From NCBI GenBank assembly GCA_045105515.1, contig JBGCDR010000301.1, positions 1-17,217 of the forward strand: a stretch of DNA of 17,217 nt, in the 5' to 3' direction. Origin of the DNA: Oligoflexales bacterium. Its GTDB lineage: Bacteria > Bdellovibrionota_B > Oligoflexia > Oligoflexales > Bog-1112. The translations under genes were made by a program, and so were the position numbers. This document shows positions 1-8,498 of this stretch, in pieces. The number at the start of each line of letters is the position of its first letter. Position 1 is the stretch's first letter. The notes under the pieces were generated by a model. That model made no database searches and had not been told where the DNA came from. It saw only the letters and a program-made list of their open reading frames with translations.

Positions 1-66
1 GAATATCATCCCTAGAACCTAAATCTACCTCGATTTTCCTTATAACATAACTATAAGACTCTTTAC

Positions 67-432
67 ATGTCGCGCGCATGGGCACCCCCAAGATCTTTTG
101 ATTTTCCGACAATTATAGCCTTTTTAGAGAAACTGGGGAAATTCGCTAAAGATTATAGTGATCTAAGCCTTACATACAAAGGCGGCGGTGTGTTTCCAAT
201 CAGGCACTATATAGACAGAGCCAGCTTTGTTCATTGGAAATCAACTTATGAAGTAAAGATCGAAGAAGGAGTATTTTCTATAGGGTCTTCCAAATATAAA
301 GCTGCAAGACTTAGAAACAGTAGTACATACCGATCACGAGCCAATTATTCAAACACCTTTGATTTACATGCAGCTGACAATAGCTTTGTAGTAAGCTCCG
401 ATGACATTCTTAGAATTAAACGAATAAACTAA
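67..432 (+). CDS. Hypothetical protein (121 aa), possibly a fragment
   Basis: Open frame with ATG but no clear RBS and no recognisable motif. It lies at the window edge, and a competing minus-strand frame (ATG at 79) runs off the left end. Confidence 0.35.
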   Translation: MSRAWAPPRSFDFPTIIAFLEKLGKFAKDYSDLSLTYKGGGVFPIRHYIDRASFVHWKSTYEVKIEEGVFSIGSSKYKAARLRNSSTYRSRANYSNTFDLHAADNSFVVSSDDILRIKRIN

Positions 433-537
433 TCCATATTGTAATAAAATTAAAAGGTGGCACTTACTTTAATTTTGACAAGGGCAAAACCATCTTTGAA
501 ATTTAACTATGAGCAGATTAAGAATGGGAATCAATTA

Positions 538-1259
538 ATGGAATACTTGCTTATTTGGAAGCTGGTTAAATATATTGGACTATTACTGTTCTCAGGTTCC
601 CTTGGAGTGCTGGCTATTAGACCCTTAAATAATGATAGTCAATGGACAGCAGTTAACTGGGGTATGGGTATTGGATTTTTTCTTCTTTGGGTCGGTGGTT
701 ACGGAATGATTAAATCTTTAGGATTTAATATTGGGTCCACTTGGGTAGTATATGGACAGTTTTTTAGTATTGCGTGTACCTTTTTTGCTGCTCACCAAGC
801 ATGCGGAATAAAACCAGGCTTCTCCATGAACTTTGCCTTAACCTCCTTAGCACTAGCATTAACAGGGATGATTCTAAAAGAATATGCTATCAATTTGCTA
901 CATTATGGAGCAATACTCGTACTTGCGGGAGGAGCTTATGTACAATTTGGAAAAACAGCATATAAAGAAAATGGCAGCATTAATCTTAAATGGTTCAGAC
1001 TAATAGCCTGGCTCGAAGGATTAAGCCTTCTGATTCTCCTTTTTATCTACATGCCATTAAAGTATTTAGTTTCAATTAACCTCGACGATGGTCAAGGTTG
1101 GTTTGGATGGGTCCATGGAGTTCTGCAGATTATGTTTCTTTTGAGTATAATCAACTTACAGGCCGCAAGAATATTAATGCTCGTCAGGTCTTTATTGGTC
1201 TTGCTTCATCAATACTACCCTTTGGTACTATGATTTTTGAGAGAAAAGTAAATAGATAA
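538..1259 (+). pseudogene. Multi-pass membrane protein with C-terminal DUF3817-type domain, interrupted by an apparent 1-nt frameshift near 1140-1185 (real lesion or assembly error)
   Basis: Likely start is ATG 538 (MEYLLIWK). Several TM segments are followed by LKWFRLIAWLEGLSLLILLFIYMPLKY...GWVHGVL, typical of DUF3817. The family-typical ending (GLASSILPFGTMIFERKVNR*) is in the -1 frame and stops at TAA 1257-1259, whereas the annotated frame ends at 1233. Confidence 0.7.
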
Positions 1260-1433
1260 ACTATGATTTCGCAAATACAGAAATTGCGGTAATTTCATCT
1301 AAAAGATTTCATAACATGAATTTAGCTGCAAGTTCAATTCAATCAGCGAAGACTCAGATAATTTAAGTATTCTCCTAGTTCACTACTGTTCAACTCACCC
1401 ATTAAATATACTATAAATTTCCAGGAGCCGGGG

Positions 1434-1493
1434 ATGAAACAAGGTAGAATTATTTCCATTAAGGAATGGGTGTTGCACAAACTAAGACCCTAA
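1434..1493 (+). CDS. Candidate small peptide MKQGRIISIKEWVLHKLRP (19 aa)
   Basis: AGGAG Shine-Dalgarno at 1423-1427 ahead of ATG 1434, plus a sigma70-like TTCAAC-N17-TATAAA at 1389-1417. Confidence 0.3.
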   Translation: MKQGRIISIKEWVLHKLRP

Positions 1494-1610
1494 ATATATT
1501 AAATAAAGGAAATTTTACCTAATTGGCTCAAGTCATTGACTCCGACAAATGATTGCGAAGCGATCTAACATATGTAATATTCTATCCCCTGATTAAATTC
1601 AATCAATTAC

Positions 1611-2255
1611 TTGGAAAACACTATGACTTTAGTAATCGAACTCATGAATCAGCTAAGCCCCTACGGCACCTATGGTTATATCATTATGTTTTTGATTTTA
1701 CTTGCCTGTGGTTTCGGCTTCCCTATGCCTGAGGACGTGGTTTTGGTTACCGGAGGTTTATTAGCTTCAAGAGGGGTAACTGATTTTGGGACAACGGTTC
1801 TAGTAACTATGGCTGGAGTGCTTATTGGTGATGGAATTGTTTTCACAATCGGCCGAAAGATGGGACCTAAAATCAAAGAAACGAAATTTTTCAATCGAAT
1901 TATGCCGAAAAAGCGTGAAAAGCAAGTTCTCCAGTGGTTTGATAAATATGGAGATAGGGTAATCTTTTTTGCGAGGTTTGCTCCAGGCTTACGTATGCCT
2001 TTATTTTTAACCGCAGGAATATACCAGGTGCCAGTATGGAAATTTATTGGTTTAGATGGTTTTGCTGCGTTGATCTCAGTACCCGCATGGATTTGGGTAG
2101 GTTATTTTTTCGGCTCAAATTTAGAACTCCTGGAACAGAAGATGCACCAAATGCAGATTGGCATTTATAGCCTACTAGCTATTGTCCTAGTTTCCTTTGT
2201 CGGCTTATGGTTCGTTAAAAAGAAAATTAGCGCCAAAGCTTCCCTAGGAAGCTAG
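1611..2255 (+). CDS. DedA family (VTT/SNARE-associated) membrane protein
   Basis: Motifs LLACGFGFPMPEDVVLVTGGLL, GVLIGDGIVFTIGR, FDKYGDRVIFFARFAPGLR and GYFFG. The start may be ATG 1623. Confidence 0.93.
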   Translation: MENTMTLVIELMNQLSPYGTYGYIIMFLILLACGFGFPMPEDVVLVTGGLLASRGVTDFGTTVLVTMAGVLIGDGIVFTIGRKMGPKIKETKFFNRIMPKKREKQVLQWFDKYGDRVIFFARFAPGLRMPLFLTAGIYQVPVWKFIGLDGFAALISVPAWIWVGYFFGSNLELLEQKMHQMQIGIYSLLAIVLVSFVGLWFVKKKISAKASLGS

Positions 2256-2265
2256 TATCTTTTAT
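2237..2265 (+). terminator. Possible intrinsic terminator overlapping the dedA-family stop codon
   Basis: AGCTTCC-CTA-GGAAGCT 7-bp stem (2237-2253) followed, with an offset, by a T-rich tract. Confidence 0.25.
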
Positions 2266-2428
2266 GTTTATAAAAATTTTTATCTCTCACTTCAAATTCT
2301 AGCTAGCACCTTTTTTCACTGTTCTACTGCTTTTTTTTCCTAGAAATGCTGGTCATCATTGGTTTTCTGGCAAACCCAAATAAAATGAAATAGAATTGAA
2401 TAGAACATTAATCATAAGGTTGCAACAT

Positions 2429-4435
2429 ATGGATGGCACTTCGCCCAAACCATTGCATGCTCTAAAGCAAGAACAAGATGAAGAACTCATTTCATCTTTT
2501 TCAGAGTTAAAAAGAATATTTTCTTCATATGAAGACTTTCAAAATTACACAGTTAGCGACGATGACACTTTTTCTATAGAGTTGAAACAACAAAATTTGG
2601 TAAAGATATTTATCAGTCCAGAAATATTCTTAAATGATTTAAAAATAAAGCCTTTTCTAAACCGTCTTTCTGAAGATGGAACTTGCTTGGTATGTGTTGG
2701 TAAAACCGAAGAACTCAATCAAATGCCAGAAGGAAATCACCATGCCATGACTCAACAACTTGGCATTCCTCTAACGGTCACTAATCTGAAAATTTGTATT
2801 TCAACCCTTCACAACCTCCAATCTGTATTAGACAAAGTTCATGAAGAAAAAAATAAAGTCGCTGAGGCTTCAGAAGAAGTAAAATACGTCCTCTCGATAT
2901 CAAGAGAGTTAAACGGCGAGAGAGATATCCCCAAGCTCCTCAATCTAATTCTTAAAAAAGCAAGAGAAGTGACTAGAGCCGATGCAGGTTCCATCTATAC
3001 TATGGACACACCGGGGGACAAAAAGGTAAGCGATGGAAAACTACGATTTCGCTTCACCCAAAACGACTCAATTTCGCAGGACCTTACTGAATTTGAAATC
3101 CCAATCAACGACAAATCAGTGGTTGGAAATGCAGTAATCCATGAAAAAACTATAAATATTCAGGATTTATATAAATTAAGCCCTAACCCACAAGACAATC
3201 CTTTTGGTGTAACTCACGATAGGTCGTGGGACAAACGCACTGGCTACGAGTCTCATTCCATGTTAACTACACCAGTTTTTGATATTTCCCATTCGGTTAT
3301 TGGGGTCATCCAACTGATCAATTGCAAAAAAGATAAGGATAAGAAATTAAATTCTCCAGAGGACTTTGCGGATCAAACAAAACCTTTCACCGATCAACAA
3401 ATCGAATATGCAGAAATAGTTGCCCAGCAAGCTGGTATTGCGCTTGAGAATGCTAAGATGCAGGATGACATCCAGAATCTATTCGACAGCTTCGTCAATG
3501 CCTCAGTTACAGCCATTGAACTCAGGGATCCAACCACTAGTGGTCATTCTCACCGTGTTGCTAAGCTGACCTTAAATTTAGCAGAAATGGTTGCTAAAAC
3601 TCATACAGGTGTTTTCAAGCACGTAAGTTTTAACGAAGACCAAATGCGTGAAATAGAATATGCCTCACTCCTTCATGATTTTGGCAAGTTAGGAGTACGA
3701 GAGCACGTCTTGGTCAAAGCAAAAAAACTATATCCAGATGAGTTTCGACTGATTGAAGAGCGGTTCCGCCTTATCAGAGCGGGAGTAGAGATTAAATACT
3801 TACGCAACTGCCTTGAGTTTGCCAAGCACCCGGAAAAATATCCCATGGGTGCCTCGCCAGATACTTTTTTACTAGAACGAGATAAAAAGTTTCAAGAACT
3901 AGACACTTACTTTGAGTTTATCTGTAAAGCTAATCAACCTACCGTCCTGGAACAAGGCGGTTTCGAATTGTTAAGGGATATTGCAAACTCCACCTTTAAT
4001 GATCTCTTTGAAAATGATCGTCCTTTTTTACTTTCGAATGAGCTCAAAGCCCTATCGGTATCACGCGGCTCATTAACTTCTGAAGAGTTTTCAGAAATTC
4101 AAAGTCATGTGACTCATACCTACGAATTTTTGCGTAAAATTCCTTGGGGTCCAAAACTAATGAATGTTCCGCAAATAGCTGCAAAGCATCATGAGAAATT
4201 AGATGGTTCTGGTTATCCCACCAGTGCAGCTTCGGGAGATATTCCAATTCAATCAAGAATGATGACCATATCTGATATCTATGACGCTTTAACTGCGTCG
4301 GACCGACCTTATAAAAAAGCCATGCCTTACGAGCGAGCCCTCGATATAATAAATATGGAGGTTAAGGGCGGAAAACTCGACAAAGATATTTATGATATCT
4401 TTTTAGAATCTAAAACTTACAAGGTTGTACTTTAG
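2429..4435 (+). CDS. GAF + HD-GYP domain cyclic-di-GMP phosphodiesterase
   Basis: GAF region: LLNLILKKAREVTRADAGSIY, DKRTGYESHSMLTTP, IGVIQLIN, QAGIALENA. HD-GYP motifs: RDPTTSGHSHRV, LLHDFGK, HHEKLDGSGYP, DIYDALTASDRPYKKA. ATG 2429 (with upstream AAGGT) is preferred over TTG 2396. Confidence 0.93.
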   Translation: MDGTSPKPLHALKQEQDEELISSFSELKRIFSSYEDFQNYTVSDDDTFSIELKQQNLVKIFISPEIFLNDLKIKPFLNRLSEDGTCLVCVGKTEELNQMPEGNHHAMTQQLGIPLTVTNLKICISTLHNLQSVLDKVHEEKNKVAEASEEVKYVLSISRELNGERDIPKLLNLILKKAREVTRADAGSIYTMDTPGDKKVSDGKLRFRFTQNDSISQDLTEFEIPINDKSVVGNAVIHEKTINIQDLYKLSPNPQDNPFGVTHDRSWDKRTGYESHSMLTTPVFDISHSVIGVIQLINCKKDKDKKLNSPEDFADQTKPFTDQQIEYAEIVAQQAGIALENAKMQDDIQNLFDSFVNASVTAIELRDPTTSGHSHRVAKLTLNLAEMVAKTHTGVFKHVSFNEDQMREIEYASLLHDFGKLGVREHVLVKAKKLYPDEFRLIEERFRLIRAGVEIKYLRNCLEFAKHPEKYPMGASPDTFLLERDKKFQELDTYFEFICKANQPTVLEQGGFELLRDIANSTFNDLFENDRPFLLSNELKALSVSRGSLTSEEFSEIQSHVTHTYEFLRKIPWGPKLMNVPQIAAKHHEKLDGSGYPTSAASGDIPIQSRMMTISDIYDALTASDRPYKKAMPYERALDIINMEVKGGKLDKDIYDIFLESKTYKVVL

Positions 4436-4801
4436 ATACCCTGGCAAGTCCTAGTAAGAGCACCCCGAAAATTCCCCTAATTCAATTGTTATCAGAAAAT
4501 TAAGATACCTCGGAAATTTATTGCAGGAATAGCACGATTTTTCGTCCATATTTTGCTGGCTACTATTTTATTCTACGCCAAGCAAAGAAAAAAAGCTTGA
4601 GCTTGGTATCCTATACAAATATTGGGGAAAATAAAAAAACAATCATTAATTTCAACTTAGTTTGGCCTCAATTTTAATGCACGCCTAACTTTTTGGAATA
4701 TTGTGAATGGGGTAAAATCTTTAGTGGTAAGATCCTGACTTGCAACTGAAAGCTAGACGCTTTAAGTTTTGAAAGTGCGAATCACTTGAGAAAGGTATTC
4801 T

Positions 4802-5749
4802 ATGGCAAGCACCACTTCAATTAGTAAAATTCATACCCCTGCCGCGGTAGTTGAAGCTAAAATCAGTAATCAGGCTGAAGACCGAAATTTTTTAAAAACG
4901 GCCTTAGCTTGGAATGGATCGATCACTCCAAAAATTTTACCAAGAGTTCTTACTGCGAGTGCTTACTCCTGCTGCATCGTTATTTTAACGTACAAATTCC
5001 CGGATATTACTCTTGCAATCGAACCCTTTGAATATTCAGGTGTGGTTCTTGGTTTGCTTCTAGTAGCTAGGGTCAATGCAGGTATGCAACGTTGGTGGGA
5101 AGCAAGGAAAATTTGGGGAAGCATTGTCAACCAAAGCCGCAACCTAGCTATCATTGCCCAACAATATAGCGAAAGAAATAATCCATACATCGCACCCTTA
5201 CTCAATTGGATAGCAATCTGGCCCTATACAATGCGTCAACATCTACGGGGAGAAAATAAAGTAGAGATTGCAAAAAAACATATTGGGATTGATGAAACCA
5301 ATAAACTCACTGAATCAGGACACATGCCGTTCTATGTCGGAACAGCAATAGCAGGGCTACTAAAATCTTTACGCTCCCAAGGACTTGACGACTTTGCATT
5401 TCAAAGAGCCGAGAGAGAAAGAGCATTGTTAATCGATGCCATAGGAGGATGTGAACGTATTAGAAGCACTCCTATCCCTCTAGTCTTAGCTATTAAAACC
5501 AGGCGTTTTATCTTTTTGTTCCTTTTATTGTTGCCGTTCGCTTTAGGCACCAAGGTTCCTTGGCTTGCTCCAATTATTATGATCTTGACTGCCTATCCCC
5601 TGCTCTCCCTCGATCAAATTGGCATAGAGTTACAAAATCCCTTTGCTCAAAAGAACCTCAGCCATCTACCACTTAGCCAGATTTGCGCAAATATAGAACG
5701 CAACATATTGAACCTGCCTAAAATTGACGCTGATATTCGGAGTAAATAA
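4802..5749 (+). CDS. Bestrophin family (YneE/UPF0187-type) ion channel
   Basis: Motifs VVLGLLLVARVNAGMQRWWEARKIWGSIVNQSRNL, GGCERIRSTPIP, LLPFAL and IGIELQNPF. RBS GAAAGG upstream. Confidence 0.92.
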   Translation: MASTTSISKIHTPAAVVEAKISNQAEDRNFLKTALAWNGSITPKILPRVLTASAYSCCIVILTYKFPDITLAIEPFEYSGVVLGLLLVARVNAGMQRWWEARKIWGSIVNQSRNLAIIAQQYSERNNPYIAPLLNWIAIWPYTMRQHLRGENKVEIAKKHIGIDETNKLTESGHMPFYVGTAIAGLLKSLRSQGLDDFAFQRAERERALLIDAIGGCERIRSTPIPLVLAIKTRRFIFLFLLLLPFALGTKVPWLAPIIMILTAYPLLSLDQIGIELQNPFAQKNLSHLPLSQICANIERNILNLPKIDADIRSK

Positions 5750-5751
5750 AA

Positions 5752-7059
5752 TTACAGGATTGATCTCATTACACTAATCTGGTCGATGAAAGTTCCATAA
5801 TTGGAGGTACATCCCTCTGAATAAAACATTAAACTTGTCTCAGTCTCTTCGGCAACAAATTCAACTGTATATTCTTTCCAATTTGGATTTGATAATTTTT
5901 TAAAACCAGATTTTTTCATGTCAAATATTTCAGATCCACCAACTTCTACTTTTAAGTGGTTTTGACTGGTTCTAGTAAATGGTCTTGCTCCAAAGAAAAA
6001 TCTCAAAATATAGACTTCTCCTGGTATAGTACTGATTTCTTGTTTAATACCAGAATTTAAGTTTGAACAAAGTTCTACCCACTGCTCACCATTGCCTTCT
6101 GCTGCAGTCCAACCAAAAAAGTTGTTATGAAGCTCAACCACAGTACCTACGGCCTTTTCCCAATCAATAAGCCCATCTTCAAAATATTCATAAAAGCCTT
6201 TACCAGCTTTTTTTCTGTTTACAAAAGAATCTAGCTCAAATGAACCATTTGAGACAAGGTTGATTGGAACTTCTTTGCTTTCAACATCCATTGCTTCTAT
6301 TTCAATGCTCTTTGGCTTAGCCATCTCTTCAGCTTCCACTGCTTGAGATTGGGGTTCTTCCATAAGAAGCTCTTCTTCAGCATCAGGCATACTTTCGGCA
6401 ATTGACTCTGAAGCTTCTTCTGGTTCTAAGACTTGTTCACTTTCATCAGATTCTACAAGCAACTCGCTTGATCCTTCAGACTCTTCTACTTCTACTTCTA
6501 CTTCAGTCTCAATATATTCTTCACTGAGTATCTGAAATCCGCCACTTTCTCTAGATATATGCTCAATTAAAACCTCATTAGTATCTTTTATGGTAATTGC
6601 TTGTGGTTCTTCACCAGATGCCTCATCTTCTTTTACTTTTTCTTGCATAATTTGGAGATCAGAACTTTCGATCTCCAAGACAAGAAAACCCTTTTTAGCG
6701 CCATCAGGAGCGATTAGTTTTGCTACCTCAAGCACGATCAATTGATCGTCAATCATCATCTCTAGTTTTGTATTTGGGTCAAGATTTTGCAAAGAATCTG
6801 CTTGCTCCAAAGAAAAAGCACAGCTTAATACGCTTACACCGGAAGCAGAATAGGATTTCCTAGGGGTGCAAGTTAAATGAGCTCCTGAAATCACAGCAGG
6901 AATTTCAGCAATAATATCTTCCTCCTCATCTGGAGCTTTTTCCGCTTCCAGACTGCGGTAGCCATCAGCCCCTTCTGACGCTAAATTTGCATTGGTGGTA
7001 GAGGCCTTCTTGCCACAACCTAATGCAAATAATAATACTAAAAAAATACTGAGACGCAT
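5752..7059 (-). CDS. Putative lipoprotein with long acidic linker and C-terminal DUF642-like (galactose-binding fold) domain
   Basis: ATG 7059 gives MRLSIFLVLLFALG-C (signal peptide II/lipobox). The middle is Glu-rich and low-complexity. The C-terminus NLVSNGSFE...AAEG...WVEL...IKQEISTIPGEVYILRF...WKEYTVEFVA...YGTFIDQISV matches the DUF642/CBM-like pattern. Confidence 0.8.
   Translation of the reverse strand: MRLSIFLVLLFALGCGKKASTTNANLASEGADGYRSLEAEKAPDEEEDIIAEIPAVISGAHLTCTPRKSYSASGVSVLSCAFSLEQADSLQNLDPNTKLEMMIDDQLIVLEVAKLIAPDGAKKGFLVLEIESSDLQIMQEKVKEDEASGEEPQAITIKDTNEVLIEHISRESGGFQILSEEYIETEVEVEVEESEGSSELLVESDESEQVLEPEEASESIAESMPDAEEELLMEEPQSQAVEAEEMAKPKSIEIEAMDVESKEVPINLVSNGSFELDSFVNRKKAGKGFYEYFEDGLIDWEKAVGTVVELHNNFFGWTAAEGNGEQWVELCSNLNSGIKQEISTIPGEVYILRFFFGARPFTRTSQNHLKVEVGGSEIFDMKKSGFKKLSNPNWKEYTVEFVAEETETSLMFYSEGCTSNYGTFIDQISVMRSIL
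6483..6504. repeat. In-frame hexamer tandem repeat (CTTCTA)x3.7 encoding EVEVEVE in the lipoprotein linker
   Basis: Sequence cttcta cttcta cttcta cttc is directly visible. Confidence 0.7.
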
Positions 7060-7478
7060 TTCATGCCCTAACTTGCTGTGTATGAAGACGGAATCGGCAA
7101 ATTCCAAAAATTGGTGTAATTAGATTTTTAACAGCTCGTTTTTATGAATACTTTAGCTCCCCATTTCCTGAGGCTAATACCGACTAAAACCTATAATTTA
7201 GCCATATTTACTTGCTATTGAATATGCTTTCTTATGAACCACAAAATTTATATAAGATCTTACTCATAGCTATGGAAATACTTTTACTATTGATTTTTCT
7301 CATCAGTGTTTTTTAGACGTTTCTTGCCGAAAACAAGGGACTGTTTCAAGTTGCGAAACCCTCACTACATCTGGAGCAAAGGAAAGGTGGGTATCAAAAT
7401 AAAGACTGGGACCATTTTAATTTTCATAGAGAAATATCTAAATCAAAAATGTTGCCTCTATCATGGACAGCAGATTAT

Positions 7479-8345
7479 TTAAGATTTGTTTTTTAACGCA
7501 AGCAATAAGCGGTAGAGTTCTTTTTTACCGAGTCCATAATCATTAAATCTTAGCATCAAGTCCTTGTGACTTAATCCAGGCTGTTCATTCAATAGAGTTT
7601 GTGTTTCAAGGCTTATTTGCCCAATTAGTTCCTCTTGTGAAATCTTCTGAATAGCTGGGTCAACCATCACCACCAGCTCTCCTTTTAGATTTTTATGCTC
7701 CCTTGCCCAATTTATCGCAGAAGCGATGTCCAAGGTACAAATTTCTTCGTGAATTTTAGTAAGTTCTCGTCCAATTGAGATGCGAGCATAAGGATAGTGC
7801 TTTGCAATTGCTTCCAAACTAACCTGGACTCGCCTTGGAGATTCATAACATACCACTGACATGCCCCATGATTGCCATGAATTAATCTCCCTGTCTAAAC
7901 TTACTTTCTTAGCTGGCAGGAAGCCTATAAATGCAAACCGATTGCAAGGCAAACCAGAGCTTGAGACAAGGCTGGTGAACGCGCAGGCCCCAGGAATAGG
8001 TACCACTTTGATACCTGCTTCCTTGGATTTAGCAACTAAGCGGTATCCTGGGTCTGAAATACAAGGAGTTCCGGCATCGCTTACTAATGCTACCTGCAAG
8101 GGACCCTCTAGCAATAGTTTGACCAGCTCATCAGAGCGTTTTTCTTCAACTTGATCATAGTAACTTACCAGCTTTTTTCCAGGGAGCTGCAACATGGAGA
8201 GTAAAGACGCTGTATGACGAGTATCTTCAGCCGCAATAATATCAACTTCTGCTAAAATTCGCTTAGCCCGTTCACTCAGATCCCCTAAATTACCAATAGG
8301 TGTAGCCAAAACATAAAGAACTGAGTCGGAACTTTGCTTTTCCAT
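7479..8345 (-). CDS. rsmI: 16S rRNA (cytidine1402-2'-O)-methyltransferase
   Basis: Motifs LYVLATPIGNLGDLSERA, IAAEDTRHT, ALVSDAGTPCISDPG, YESPRR, RELTKIHEE and KGELVVMV. AGGAG RBS precedes ATG 8345. Confidence 0.96.
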   Translation of the reverse strand: MEKQSSDSVLYVLATPIGNLGDLSERAKRILAEVDIIAAEDTRHTASLLSMLQLPGKKLVSYYDQVEEKRSDELVKLLLEGPLQVALVSDAGTPCISDPGYRLVAKSKEAGIKVVPIPGACAFTSLVSSSGLPCNRFAFIGFLPAKKVSLDREINSWQSWGMSVVCYESPRRVQVSLEAIAKHYPYARISIGRELTKIHEEICTLDIASAINWAREHKNLKGELVVMVDPAIQKISQEELIGQISLETQTLLNEQPGLSHKDLMLRFNDYGLGKKELYRLLLALKNKS

Positions 8346-8410
8346 GTATTCTCCTAAATCAAGGAATTTGTCATCTCTAAACTGGTGGGCAAGATACAAG
8401 GCCATCATAC

Positions 8411-8438
8411 TTGCAAAATAACGAAGCTATGATAATTT
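8411..8438 (+). promoter_or_regulatory. Possible sigma70-type promoter for glnS
   Basis: TTGCAA-N16-TAATTT with an extended -10 TG in the divergent rsmI/glnS gap. Confidence 0.3.
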
Positions 8439-8498
8439 AGCCCTTTGCAAAGCCGTTTAGGCTGTGATCAACCCATTTTGTAGGACGAGCGTAGGTTT

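Noticed and set aside
478..520. GGCAAAACCATC...GAAA resembling the start of a c-di-GMP-I riboswitch
   Set aside because: The complementary strand, the GACGCAAAGC core and the second stem are missing.
457..537. N-terminal extension of the 457..1233 ORF (GTG start)
   Set aside because: Hydrophilic and not family-like. It contains a TTGACA (475-480) and is more likely promoter/UTR; ATG 538 fits better.
774..965. 63-aa alternative-frame ORF
   Set aside because: Nested inside the membrane protein gene, with no motif.
1676..1894. 72-aa antisense ORF
   Set aside because: Antisense shadow of the dedA-family gene.
4044..4256. 70-aa antisense ORF
   Set aside because: Lies within the conserved HD-GYP domain on the opposite strand.
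4700..4800. Possible fluoride (crcB) riboswitch upstream of the bestrophin channel (GTGAATGGGGT...GCTAGACGC, short hairpins)
   Set aside because: The P1 complement and the conserved AUGAC..CUAC 3' element are absent. An Infernal/Rfam scan would settle it.
4963..5205. 80-aa antisense ORF
   Set aside because: Shadow of the bestrophin gene.
7861..8154. 97-aa plus-strand ORF
   Set aside because: Antisense shadow of rsmI.
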